Of a stretch of 64,000 nucleotides of DNA, positions 27,041 through 36,772 are shown one piece after another. The stretch is taken from positions 25,441 through 89,440 of the forward strand of contig DAOWGM010000059.1 in assembly GCA_030637515.1 (NCBI GenBank), in the 5' to 3' direction. The notes under the pieces were generated by a model. It was not told where the DNA came from. It worked only from the letters and a program-made list of their open reading frames with translations, and did not search any database. A program made the position numbers and the translations under genes. This DNA is from Bacteroidales bacterium (GTDB taxonomy: Bacteria > Bacteroidota > Bacteroidia > Bacteroidales > UBA12077). Numbering within the stretch: the first letter of the stretch is position 1; every line of letters starts with the position of its first letter.

Positions 27041-27865
27041 ATGGCTCAAATAACTGCAGCTGAAGTAAATAAGCTGAGAAAAATGACCGGTGCCGGAATG
27101 ATGGACTGTAAAAAGGCATTAGTTGAAGCTGAAGGTGATTTCGATAAAGCACAGCAAATTATTCGTGAAAAAGGAATGGCAATTGCTAACAAGCGTTCTG
27201 ACAGAGAAGTAACTGAAGGTGTTGTTTTAGCAAAAGCTGAAGGAAGTAAAGGCGCTATTATAGCATTAAATTGTGAAACTGATTTTGTTGCTAAAAACCT
27301 GGATTTTGTAAAGTTAGCAGAAAACATTCTTGAAACAGCAGTTGCAAATTCTCCTGCAGATCTTGAAAGTCTTGTTAACATGGAAATTGAAGGAATTAAG
27401 ATTTCTGATAAAATTATCGAGCAAACTGGTGTTATCGGTGAAAAAATAGATCTTACATATTTCGCTAAAATTGAAGCTGGACAAGTTGCAGCATATATTC
27501 ATAGTGATAAAAAATTAGCAACTCTTGTTGGCTTAAATAAAGTTGGCATAGAAGAACAAATTGGTAAAGATGTTGCAATGCAAGTTGCTGCAATGGACCC
27601 TGTTGCTGTTAATAAAGATCAAGTTTCTCCTGAAGCAATTGAAAAAGAACTTGAAATTGGAAGAAATCAAGCTATCGCTGAAGGAAAACCAGAAAATTTA
27701 GTTGACAAAATTGCTCAAGGTAAATTAGGAAAATTCTTTAAAGAAAGTACCTTGTTAAATCAAGCCTTTATTAAAGAAAATAAGATGTCTGTTGAGCAGT
27801 ATTTACAACAAGCAGATAAAGATTTAACTGTTACAGAATTTAAAAGATTTTCAATTAAGCAATAA
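27041..27865 (+). CDS. tsf: Elongation factor Ts
   Basis: 'ITAAEVNKLRKMTGAGMMDCKKALVEAEGDFDKA' UBA-like N-terminus. Confidence 0.95.
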   Translation: MAQITAAEVNKLRKMTGAGMMDCKKALVEAEGDFDKAQQIIREKGMAIANKRSDREVTEGVVLAKAEGSKGAIIALNCETDFVAKNLDFVKLAENILETAVANSPADLESLVNMEIEGIKISDKIIEQTGVIGEKIDLTYFAKIEAGQVAAYIHSDKKLATLVGLNKVGIEEQIGKDVAMQVAAMDPVAVNKDQVSPEAIEKELEIGRNQAIAEGKPENLVDKIAQGKLGKFFKESTLLNQAFIKENKMSVEQYLQQADKDLTVTEFKRFSIKQ

Positions 27866-27886
27866 TCTTTTTTATATAGAATTATC

Positions 27887-27917
27887 AAGGGAGTTCTTTT
27901 TGAACTCCCTTTTTTTA
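27887..27917 (+). terminator. Rho-independent terminator after tsf
   Basis: Stem AAGGGAGTTC/GAACTCCCTT, T-rich loop, then TTTTTTT. Confidence 0.8.
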
Positions 27918-27946
27918 TTTTAATTTTATCGTAAAATAAAGCTAAA

Positions 27947-28891
27947 ATGAAAATAACAATACTTGAACCAATTGGAATTACACCCGATTCTTTGATAAAA
28001 ATAAAAGCCGGTTTTGAATCTTCAGGTCATGAGTTTATTACATATAATAATAGACCTGATAATGATGCAGAGATAATAAAACGGGCGCAAAATTCAGACG
28101 TACTCATATTAAGCAACCTTCCTCTATCCGAAGATGTAATAAATCAATGTGGAAGCTTAAAAATGATTTCTGTTGCATTTGCAGGGGTTGATCATATCCC
28201 AATGGATTTATGCCGAAAAAGAACCATATTAGTTTCAAATGCTGCAGGATATTCAAATCATGCTGTTGCAGAATTAGTTATAGGATCAGCAATTAATCTG
28301 TACAGGAAAATAAATTGGTGCGATTCTCAAACAAGAAAATCTGCTACTCGTGAAGGATTCTTAGGATCTGAATTATATGGAAAAACATTTGGAATAATTG
28401 GTCTCGGAGAAATTGGCACACAAGTAGCACATATTGCAAATGCCTTCGGTTGCAAAGTGCTTGCTTATTCAAGAACAAAAAAAGATATCGCTAATGTTAA
28501 ACTCTCAGATTTAAAATCGGTTTTAAAAAAAAGTGATATCATTTCTATTCATGTGCCGTTAACTAATGTAACAAAACATTTAATTGGTGAAAAAGAATTA
28601 CAATCATTAAAACCAACATCAATTTTAATTAATACCGCCAGAGGTGCAATTGTCGACAATGTAGCACTTTCCAATATCCTTAAAAACAATATGATTGCCG
28701 GAGCTGCGATTGATGTTTATGAGAAAGAACCTCCTTTAGAAAAAGATTATACATTATTTGATGCACCGAATACAATTTTACTTCCACATATTGGATATGC
28801 AACAAAAGAAGCAATAGAATTACGAGGAGAGATTGTAATCGAAAATATTAAAAGTTGGATTAAAGGAAATCCACAGAATGTAATGAATTAA
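27947..28891 (+). CDS. D-isomer-specific 2-hydroxyacid dehydrogenase (NAD-binding)
   Basis: 'GKTFGIIGLGEIGTQVA' Rossmann motif and 'INTARGAIVD', 'LLPHIGYAT' family motifs. Confidence 0.85.
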   Translation: MKITILEPIGITPDSLIKIKAGFESSGHEFITYNNRPDNDAEIIKRAQNSDVLILSNLPLSEDVINQCGSLKMISVAFAGVDHIPMDLCRKRTILVSNAAGYSNHAVAELVIGSAINLYRKINWCDSQTRKSATREGFLGSELYGKTFGIIGLGEIGTQVAHIANAFGCKVLAYSRTKKDIANVKLSDLKSVLKKSDIISIHVPLTNVTKHLIGEKELQSLKPTSILINTARGAIVDNVALSNILKNNMIAGAAIDVYEKEPPLEKDYTLFDAPNTILLPHIGYATKEAIELRGEIVIENIKSWIKGNPQNVMN

Positions 28892-28901
28892 ATCCTTTCG
28901 C

Positions 28902-29042
28902 ATGGATGAGTTCGAATTATTAAAGCAAACGGTACAGCAATGTGATAAATGTTTGTTAAGTAAAACAAGAACAAATGTTGTTTTTGGTGAAGGTAATAGA
29001 AATAAAGATATTGTGTATATTAATTTCTTAGACCAAATCTAA
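28902..29042 (+). pseudogene. Orphan N-terminal fragment of a family-4 uracil-DNA glycosylase
   Basis: MDEFELLKQTVQQCDKCLLSKTRTNVVFGEGNRNKDIVYINFLDQI*. It carries the 'C..C.L...R...VFGEGN' motif but stops where 'F.GEAPG' should follow. Full-length proteins are about 190-200 aa. Confidence 0.6.
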
Positions 29043-29196
29043 TTTATTGATGATTTATTCAAAAAATGACAATTTAAATGTAGCCTTAAAAATTTATTTC
29101 ATTTTTTTCTTTATTTTGGAAATTTGAAAACATAACTTTAACCTTATTTTAAAATAGTACTTAAAAATAGCTATATAAATTTTAATTAAATTACTT

Positions 29197-30204
29197 ATGA
29201 GAAAAATAAGAGCTTTTCTATTAATTTTAGGACTTTCGACTTTATTTCTAATTTCATGCGATGATGAAGATAACCCCTTTATTAACGAAGTACCTATAAT
29301 TAATGAACAAATATTCAGCATTAATGAGAATTCGCCTAGTGGAACAGTTGTAGATACGGTATTAGCCGTTGATAATAATTCTACCCAAGATTTATCATTT
29401 AATATTATTGGGGGAAACTCAAATGATGTATTTAATATTGACGAAAACACAGGTATACTGTATGTAAATAATGTCAAATACTTAGATTACGAAACTACCC
29501 CAGTGTTTGAATTAACTATAGAGGTTACAGATAATTATGAAACTCCTCTGTCAATTTCAGGTAAAATAACAATTAATATATTAGATATTCAACCAACTAA
29601 TACTGGGCTTATTTCATATTATTCTTTTGAAAATAATGTTCAAGATATATTTGGTGAAAATAACGGTTATGGAATTAACATAAGTTATATTTCGGGTTAT
29701 CCAAATAAAAATAATGCTGTTTCTTTTAATGGAATTGATAGTTATGTAAGTTTACATAACGAATTTGACTATGAGACAATGACATTAAGCTTATGGTTTA
29801 ATCCGCATGAAATTACAAGTGAATATGGCATTGTTTACACATCAGATAATCCAACGTTAAAATATGGTTTACAAAACATTCTAGTCTTAAAAAATGATGA
29901 AGGTGTAAATCTTCTCTCTGTTAATGTTTCAGGTCAAAACTACAATGCTGATCTTGAAGAAGGAGAATGGTATAATATTACAATAATGCGAAACAATAAG
30001 AATTACAATTATTATTTAAATGGAGAAATTGTTCAGTCTGGTTCTTTTGAAAACTACCTTACTTCTCAGGATGGATCCTCAAGCGCCATACTTGGATCTT
30101 TAAGAACATTAGACAAGAATTACTTTAAAGGACAAATAGATGATGTAAGAATCTATAATAGGGAACTAACCAAAGCAGAAATTAAAACAATCTTTCAAGA
30201 ATAA
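29197..30204 (+). CDS. Lipoprotein with cadherin-like repeat + LamG/concanavalin-A-like lectin domain
   Basis: Lipobox 'LFLISC|DD'. Cadherin pattern 'INENSPSGTVVDTVLAVDNN..LSFNIIGGN..DVFNIDENTGILYV...LDYE....FELTIEVTDN'. LamG_3-type ending 'FKGQIDDVRIYNRELTKAEI'. Confidence 0.75.
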   Translation: MRKIRAFLLILGLSTLFLISCDDEDNPFINEVPIINEQIFSINENSPSGTVVDTVLAVDNNSTQDLSFNIIGGNSNDVFNIDENTGILYVNNVKYLDYETTPVFELTIEVTDNYETPLSISGKITINILDIQPTNTGLISYYSFENNVQDIFGENNGYGINISYISGYPNKNNAVSFNGIDSYVSLHNEFDYETMTLSLWFNPHEITSEYGIVYTSDNPTLKYGLQNILVLKNDEGVNLLSVNVSGQNYNADLEEGEWYNITIMRNNKNYNYYLNGEIVQSGSFENYLTSQDGSSSAILGSLRTLDKNYFKGQIDDVRIYNRELTKAEIKTIFQE

Positions 30205-30272
30205 TAATTGCCTTAGTAAAGATAATAAACTATCTGACCACAAACAGTCTGTAGAAATTTTTTAAATTGTAA

Positions 30273-30297
30273 AAGGCTGTCCTTAAAAGACAGCCTT
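30273..30297. terminator. Bidirectional terminator hairpin between LamG gene and queA
   Basis: Stem AAGGCTGTC/GACAGCCTT with a 7-nt loop. T-runs on both strands. Confidence 0.65.
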
Positions 30298-30321
30298 CAT
30301 TTTATATGTCATTAAACAGAT

Positions 30322-31371
30322 TTATAGTATCAACATTGCGTCTCCGTATGTTCCAAATCTATACTCTTCTTTTATAGCAGCTTTATAAGCAGCCATTGTT
30401 GCATCGTAACCACCAAAAGCACTTACCATCATAAGTAAAGTAGAATATGGAAGATGGAAGTTTGAGATCATCATGTTTGGAACTCTTACCTGGTATGGTG
30501 GAAAAATGAATTTATTAGTCCATCCATCATAAGGCTTAAGATGTCCCTGTGTAGAAACAGAAGACTCAAGAGTTCTAAGAACTGTTGTTCCAACAGCTAT
30601 TATATTGCTTTTACTGTCTTTTGCTTTATTAACCTTTTCAACAGCTTCTTCTGAAATATGAATTTTTTCAGAATCCATTTTATGTTTCGTGAGATCCTCA
30701 ACATCAACAGATCGAAAATTACCTAAACCAACATGTAAAGTTATCTCGGCAAAATCAACACCTTTTATTTCCAGGCGTTTCATTAATTCCCTACTAAAAT
30801 GCATTCCTGCTGTTGGGGCAGCAACTGCTCCTTCGTGCTTTGCATAAATTGTCTGATAACGATCTTTATCCTCTGGTTCAACCTCTCTGTTAATAAACCT
30901 TGGCAAAGGTGTTTCTCCTAATTCATACAATGTCTTTTTAAACTCTTCGTATGATCCATCATATAAAAACCTTAAAGTTCTTCCTCTGGATGTTGTATTA
31001 TCAATTACCTCAGCAACTAATGAATCATCTTCTCCGAAATACAATTTATTACCAATTCTTATTTTACGAGCAGGATCAACTAAAACATCCCAAAGTCTTT
31101 GTTCGCGATTTAATTCACGTAAAAGAAATACTTCAATCTTTGCTCCCGTTTTTTCTTTATTACCATAAAGGCGTGCAGGAAAAACTTTGGTATTATTAAA
31201 TACCATAACGTCCTTATCATTAATATAATTAACGATGTCTTTGAAAATTTTATGTTCCAATTTCCCTGTATCTCTATGCACGACTAACATTCGTGCTTCA
31301 TCCCTATTTTCTGACGGAAATTTTGCAATAAGTTCTTTTGGAAGATTAAATTTAAACTGAGATAATTTCAT
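30322..31371 (-). CDS. queA: S-adenosylmethionine:tRNA ribosyltransferase-isomerase
   Basis: '[19 protein letters not shown]...RDEARMLV', 'TAGMHF', 349 aa. Confidence 0.95.
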   Translation of the reverse strand: MKLSQFKFNLPKELIAKFPSENRDEARMLVVHRDTGKLEHKIFKDIVNYINDKDVMVFNNTKVFPARLYGNKEKTGAKIEVFLLRELNREQRLWDVLVDPARKIRIGNKLYFGEDDSLVAEVIDNTTSRGRTLRFLYDGSYEEFKKTLYELGETPLPRFINREVEPEDKDRYQTIYAKHEGAVAAPTAGMHFSRELMKRLEIKGVDFAEITLHVGLGNFRSVDVEDLTKHKMDSEKIHISEEAVEKVNKAKDSKSNIIAVGTTVLRTLESSVSTQGHLKPYDGWTNKFIFPPYQVRVPNMMISNFHLPYSTLLMMVSAFGGYDATMAAYKAAIKEEYRFGTYGDAMLIL

Positions 31372-31434
31372 TAATTTAAATTATTTTATGATTATACATG
31401 AATGACCTGCTTATACGCAGGAATATTGAATTAG

Positions 31435-32160
31435 TTACAAATTTGATAAAACTTCTTCTATTTCCTCGATTGTTAATGAAGATTCTAATTTATAACTTCC
31501 TATACGAGTTCTTATTAATTTTATTAAATGTGCACCTGACTCTATCTTTTTTCCTAAATCGTGAGCAAGAGAACGTATATATGTTCCTTTGCCACACACT
31601 ATTCTTAATGTAATATTCGGTAAATCAAAATTCACCAATTCAATTTCAGATATTGTTATTTTATTTGCCTTAAGTTCAAGCTCTTCTCCTTTTCGAGCAT
31701 ATTCGTAAGCTCTTTTTCCGTTAACATTCTTCGCTGAATAAACAGGAGGTATCTGATCTTGTTCACCAATAAACAAATTTAATGTCTCTTTAACCAGCTC
31801 TTCTGTAATATGATCGATAGGAAAAGACTCGTCATATTCTGTTTCTAAATCATAAGAAGGAGTTGTTTTACCAAGTTCAATTGTTGCAACATACTCCTTT
31901 TCATCTGCCATTAATTCGCTGATTGTTTTTGTGGCTTTTCCTGTACACACAAGAACGAGTCCTTCAGCTAATGGGTCAAGAGTTCCGGCATGACCAACTT
32001 TAAAACTTTTCATTCGAATATTAAACTCTTGTCTTAACTTTTTTCCAATTTGATTTTTTACCTTTTTTACTACATCGAAAGATGTCCATTCGTATGGTTT
32101 ATTAACAGGGATAACTTTTCCTGTCTGAAATTCTTCTATGTTTTTAACTTCAAATTTCAT
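31435..32160 (-). CDS. truB: tRNA pseudouridine(55) synthase
   Basis: 'KPYEWTSFDVV.KV......KVGHAGTLDPLAEGLV' with the catalytic Asp motif. Confidence 0.95.
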   Translation of the reverse strand: MKFEVKNIEEFQTGKVIPVNKPYEWTSFDVVKKVKNQIGKKLRQEFNIRMKSFKVGHAGTLDPLAEGLVLVCTGKATKTISELMADEKEYVATIELGKTTPSYDLETEYDESFPIDHITEELVKETLNLFIGEQDQIPPVYSAKNVNGKRAYEYARKGEELELKANKITISEIELVNFDLPNITLRIVCGKGTYIRSLAHDLGKKIESGAHLIKLIRTRIGSYKLESSLTIEEIEEVLSNL

Positions 32161-32952
32161 CTAAACAATTGAATATATTATTGCAACTATACCAACTATA
32201 AAACAATACAAAGCAAAATATGTAAGCTTACTGTTTTTTACGAGTTTTATCATCCAACTACATGCTAACAAACCCGTTAAAAAGGCTGCAATAAATCCAA
32301 TTGCTGTTGGAATTACCATATCTGATGATAAGGTAAAATCGGATGAAAATAAATCCTGTGCCATTTTACCCAAAATAAGTGGAACGACCATTAAAAAAGA
32401 AAAACGTGTAGCTTTTGTACGGTCTATACCAAGCAAAACAGATGTGGAAATTGTAGCTCCCGAACGAGAAATTCCAGGCATTATAGCTATTGCTTGTGAT
32501 ACCCCAATTAATAATGCTTTGCTATAGGATACTCCCTTTTCGGTAGTTTTTGCTTTATCTGCTAAAAACAATAGTACTCCTGTAACTAACAACATAAAGG
32601 CAACGAGAATAATATTACCATCAAACAGAGATTCAATCTGTTCGTTAAAAACAACTCCAATAAATGCAGCAGGAATCATGGATAAAATTATTTTAATAGA
32701 AAAAATGGTTTGCTCATTCCATTTAAACTGCACTAAGCCTAAGATAATTTCCCATATCTCTTTTCGAAATATAACTATAGTGCTTAAGGCAGTTGCACCA
32801 TGAAGCATAACTGTCATAAACATGCTTTCCTGTGGCAAAGCTTCATTGCTAAAAATTGCCTTTACCAATTCCAAATGTCCACTGCTACTAACAGGCAAAA
32901 ACTCTGTAAGCCCCTGAATAATTCCAAGGACCAAAGCTTCAATCCAATCCAT
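32161..32952 (-). CDS. uppP: Undecaprenyl-diphosphate phosphatase
   Basis: 'GIIQGLTEFLPVSSSGHL' and 'PGISRSGATIS' BacA motifs. Confidence 0.95.
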   Translation of the reverse strand: MDWIEALVLGIIQGLTEFLPVSSSGHLELVKAIFSNEALPQESMFMTVMLHGATALSTIVIFRKEIWEIILGLVQFKWNEQTIFSIKIILSMIPAAFIGVVFNEQIESLFDGNIILVAFMLLVTGVLLFLADKAKTTEKGVSYSKALLIGVSQAIAIMPGISRSGATISTSVLLGIDRTKATRFSFLMVVPLILGKMAQDLFSSDFTLSSDMVIPTAIGFIAAFLTGLLACSWMIKLVKNSKLTYFALYCFIVGIVAIIYSIV

Positions 32953-32970
32953 AATATATTTTTAAAGTGC

Positions 32971-33231
32971 TTATTCTTCCGTTTCTTTAGGTTTTTTCAT
33001 TATTGCATAAATTTCAAAAATGAAACCTATTAAAACTATAATTGGTGCAAGTGTAATTCGTCTGAAACTAAATATTTCCTCGTTAAATTCATTCGGGTTT
33101 TCGGCTTTCCCTCCAATCATTAAAAGAAAACCAAATACTATAATAGCAAAACCAATTATTAAAAGAATGTAATTTTCTTTTGCAAGAGCAAATTCAATCT
33201 TCTTTTCTTCTGGCTTATTCTTCTTTGACAT
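32971..33231 (-). CDS. DUF3098-like small membrane protein
   Basis: 86 aa, two TM segments. Conserved position between ftsX and uppP in Bacteroidota. Confidence 0.7.
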   Translation of the reverse strand: MSKKNKPEEKKIEFALAKENYILLIIGFAIIVFGFLLMIGGKAENPNEFNEEIFSFRRITLAPIIVLIGFIFEIYAIMKKPKETEE

Positions 33232-33247
33232 TTCTAAATTATTTTAA

Positions 33248-34126
33248 TTAATAATACAATTTGTCCACTTTCATTCTTAAATACTTGGATACAGCAAAAA
33301 AAGTTAAAACCCAGTTAATTAATATCCCAAATATCAATACACATAAGAATAACATACCGATAATTTCCACATCCTGAAAGCTTATTATTTCCTTAAATTC
33401 TTTTTGTGCAGCATACAATAAACCGGTTAAAAAGCCCATTGCAAGTATTGCTGCAAGAATCCCATTTCCTGCGCTTTTATATAAGAAAGGTCTTCGAATA
33501 AATCCTCGCGTCGCACCAACAAGCTGCATGGTATTTATCAAAAATCGCTTTGAATATACTGAAAGCCTGATTGTGCTGTTTATTAAAGTTATAGCAACTA
33601 AAAACAATAGTCCGCTGAATATTAGTATTATAAGACTTATTTTTCTGATGTTTTCATTAACAAGGCTTATTAATGATTTCTGATAAAAAACTTCTTTTAT
33701 CTGCTCGTATTGTTTAAATTCTTTTTCAATAACCACGATGCTATCCTGATTTGCATACTCTGCATACATGTGAACTTCTATTGAGGCTAATAATGGATTA
33801 AAGCCAAGAAACTCTACAAAATCTTCACCCAATTCTTTCTGCAGTTCTTCTGCAGCTTCTTCTTTTGTAATATATTTCGTTGATTTTACATATTCAGCTG
33901 CATCGAGGCTTTTTTGTAGTAAAATAACATCAACCTCTTTTACATTCTCTTTTAAAATAACAGAAAAACCTATGTTTTCTTTTACATACTCCGATAAGCG
34001 TTTAGCATTTAATACCAGAATACCCATAAGTCCCAAAAGAAAAAGCACTAGAGAAATGCTAATTAAAGAAGTAAAGTAAGAACTTCTTAATCTGCGTTTT
34101 GTGCTGTTTGTTTCTTTTTTTCCCAT
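33248..34126 (-). CDS. ftsX: Cell division protein FtsX-like permease
   Basis: 4-TM FtsX topology with a periplasmic loop. I prefer the ATG at 34126 (MGKKETNS...) over the TTG at 34156. Confidence 0.8.
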   Translation of the reverse strand: MGKKETNSTKRRLRSSYFTSLISISLVLFLLGLMGILVLNAKRLSEYVKENIGFSVILKENVKEVDVILLQKSLDAAEYVKSTKYITKEEAAEELQKELGEDFVEFLGFNPLLASIEVHMYAEYANQDSIVVIEKEFKQYEQIKEVFYQKSLISLVNENIRKISLIILIFSGLLFLVAITLINSTIRLSVYSKRFLINTMQLVGATRGFIRRPFLYKSAGNGILAAILAMGFLTGLLYAAQKEFKEIISFQDVEIIGMLFLCVLIFGILINWVLTFFAVSKYLRMKVDKLYY

Positions 34127-34202
34127 TCCTTTTTTTATAATCGTGCAAAGATACAAATAAATATGTTATTGATCGCCTTAATATATCTGAATAACAAACT
34201 GT

Positions 34203-36638
34203 TTATTTGTCGTTTTTATTATAAAATATTACAAGTTCTCTTCCAAAAACCGAAATTAAAAATAACAATAATATAAGTGATCCAGCTAAAGAAACTTTAC
34301 TGCCCTTATTATACGAATCGGGTTCAAACTTAAACTCAATGGTATGATTACCTTCAGGTATAACCATTGATCTTAATACATAATTAACACTAAAATAATC
34401 TGCAATATTTCCATCGATATATACATTCCATCCTTTTGGATAATAAATCTCAGAAAAAACAGCAAGTTTTTCATCTGCACAATTTGCTGCGTATGTTAAG
34501 TGATTTGGTTTATAATCTTCAAGTCTAATAAATGATGTGGTATCATTAATAAAATTCTTTCCTTGAACAAACTCTTCAAACCTCTGATCAACAATTGCTT
34601 CTTGAGAAGGATTAAACTCACTTAAAGCTTGAAGCTCAGCATCAGCATCGGGAACAATTCTATAATCTTCAACAAACCATGCATTTCCTAAGGCTTCCTG
34701 ATTATATTGTGCAACTGGTTGTCGGTTATTATCAGGAACAATAAAATATTTTGTATTAAGCATGTTTAATACATCCATATTATTTTTCGAGATCTGATGT
34801 TCGATCAACTCTTGATATCTTCTCATTTTTGCCCCATGATACCCACCAATTGATTTATGAAAATATGAAGTGCTTGCATCGTTAAAAGGATCAATAGTTA
34901 AATTTAAAACTCGGAAGTTTGGATCTCTATCCTGTAAAATTCTTTGATTGGCCGGAGACATTTTATAAGGTTCCTTCGCTTCTCTTTTACTTATAAAATT
35001 ATCGTTGTTTAAATACCTTCTATCAATTGCCCACATATCAATTAGTATTAAAACTATTAATGCAGCAAAAGCGTAATTCTTTTTCAACTTGTTCTTTATA
35101 AAAGCATAGATTACTATTGCCGAAAGTAAAATAAACATGAATGATCGGAATGCATCGGCACGTAATAGCATTTTTCGGTCTTCTCTTAATGCATCAACAA
35201 AAGCTTTTGCTCCTTGTGCAATAAGTCCTTCATCAGATGTTGCTGAAAAATCATAAAATAAACCAGGAAGTATAGCAAAAAACAATGTAATTCCTCCGGT
35301 TATATAGAATGAATACTTAAATGCTTTTTCAAGTTTAATTTTATCAACGCTTTTCTCAAAAACTTCTTTAAGTGCAAGAATTGCCATTAATGGAATTGTA
35401 AATTCAGCAATTACTAATGTTGTTGAAACAACTCTGAATTTATTATACCCAGGAACATAATCAAGGAAGAAATTTGTAATTAAAGGGAAGTTATGTCCCC
35501 AAGCGAGAATTATTGATAATGCTGTTGCTGAAATTAACCACCATTTTAATTTAGGATCGAGAATGAAAATACTCAACACAAAGAAAAACATGATTATTGC
35601 TCCAAAATAAACTGGTCCGGAAGTAAAAGGTAGGCTTCCCCAATATACATATGGAGCATGCTTAACAAATTGCGAAGCATTTTTTGCTCCTTGCATTCCT
35701 TTAATTACTTCGTAAACAGATGAGTTTTCCCCAACATTTACAGAACTACCGCCTCCTTTAAAATTTGGAATTAATAATGTTAAAGTTTCATCAATACCAT
35801 AACTCCAATCTGTTGCGTAATCTTTATCAAGTCCTGATGTTCTATTTTCTTTATCGCTTGTAAGTTCTGTTTTACCCCTAATAGAATATTTTCCGTATTC
35901 TAAAACGGGTAATGTTTTTTCAAGATTTGTTGCTAATGCAAGTAATCCAACAATAATTAATAAAGCTGTCGCTTTTAAAAACGGCACCCATTCTTTTCCT
36001 TTTATTGTATAAACAAATTCTACAACACCAAAAATTAATACAATCATTAATGTATAATATGTGATCTGTAAATGATTAGCAATAAGCTGCAATGCTAAAA
36101 ACAATGAAGTAATTGCCGAACCTAACAATATTTTTCCTCTGTAAGTTTGATATACTCCTGCAATTATAGGTGACATATACGCTATAGCCGTAACCTTACT
36201 ATTATGACCTGCCGAAATTATTATAAAGAAATACGATGATAATGCAAAGGCTATAGCTCCAGCAAAGCTTAACCAAGGATTTACACCAAATATTAATAAA
36301 GCAATATAAAAGCCTAAAAAACACAAGAATAATTGTGAAGCAGGACGTTCAAATATTTTTAAAACTTTGTCGATATGCTTAATTAAATTGCTTTTTGACT
36401 GAACAGAAATTAAATAAGCAGGCATACCTCCAAACGCACTATTTGTCCATAAAGCCTCTTCACCAGTCGCCTCCCTGAAATCTCGAATCTCTTTAGAAAT
36501 TCCTAAGAAAGTTGTTTTATCATGTTGTTGTATAACTTTTCCTTCGAGCAAGGGACTGAAATAAATAAATGATATTGCAATAAATATTACCACAGCAATA
36601 AAATGTGGTAATAATTTATTTATAAACTGCTTATTCAT
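34203..36638 (-). CDS. YfhO family membrane protein (GT-C-like glycosyltransferase)
   Basis: 811 aa, many TM segments plus a C-terminal soluble domain and a terminal TM. Family-typical N-terminus 'FSPLLEGKVIQQHD'. Confidence 0.75.
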   Translation of the reverse strand: MNKQFINKLLPHFIAVVIFIAISFIYFSPLLEGKVIQQHDKTTFLGISKEIRDFREATGEEALWTNSAFGGMPAYLISVQSKSNLIKHIDKVLKIFERPASQLFLCFLGFYIALLIFGVNPWLSFAGAIAFALSSYFFIIISAGHNSKVTAIAYMSPIIAGVYQTYRGKILLGSAITSLFLALQLIANHLQITYYTLMIVLIFGVVEFVYTIKGKEWVPFLKATALLIIVGLLALATNLEKTLPVLEYGKYSIRGKTELTSDKENRTSGLDKDYATDWSYGIDETLTLLIPNFKGGGSSVNVGENSSVYEVIKGMQGAKNASQFVKHAPYVYWGSLPFTSGPVYFGAIIMFFFVLSIFILDPKLKWWLISATALSIILAWGHNFPLITNFFLDYVPGYNKFRVVSTTLVIAEFTIPLMAILALKEVFEKSVDKIKLEKAFKYSFYITGGITLFFAILPGLFYDFSATSDEGLIAQGAKAFVDALREDRKMLLRADAFRSFMFILLSAIVIYAFIKNKLKKNYAFAALIVLILIDMWAIDRRYLNNDNFISKREAKEPYKMSPANQRILQDRDPNFRVLNLTIDPFNDASTSYFHKSIGGYHGAKMRRYQELIEHQISKNNMDVLNMLNTKYFIVPDNNRQPVAQYNQEALGNAWFVEDYRIVPDADAELQALSEFNPSQEAIVDQRFEEFVQGKNFINDTTSFIRLEDYKPNHLTYAANCADEKLAVFSEIYYPKGWNVYIDGNIADYFSVNYVLRSMVIPEGNHTIEFKFEPDSYNKGSKVSLAGSLILLLFLISVFGRELVIFYNKNDK

Positions 36639-36746
36639 AATAGTTATTGTTAATATATTAAAACAAAACGGAAACTTTAAAAATAATATAAATATTGCAA
36701 TATTCTTAAAATTATTTAATTTGATTCATTTCATACTTTTTCTTAG

Positions 36747-36754
36747 TATTTTTG
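36747..36754 (+). promoter_or_regulatory. -7 box (TATTTTTG) for the glycan locus operon
   Basis: TAnnTTTG, 18 nt before the ATG at 36773. It overlaps the track's TTG start at 36752, which argues against that start. Confidence 0.45.
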
Positions 36755-36772
36755 GGGTTTAAACAAAGGAAT

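Noticed and set aside
26535-27381. Long antisense ORFs (205 aa and 111 aa) across rpsB and tsf
   Set aside because: They are shadow ORFs created by AAG/GAA-rich coding of highly conserved ribosomal and translation genes, and their products are low-complexity.
31398-31613. 71-aa + strand ORF between queA and truB
   Set aside because: It mostly overlaps the truB 3' region in antisense and is a hydrophobic, low-complexity translation.
36752-36772. TTG start for the first GT4 gene
   Set aside because: The TTG lies inside the TATTTTTG promoter box. The ATG at 36773 gives the typical GT N-terminus MQNIGIVVD.
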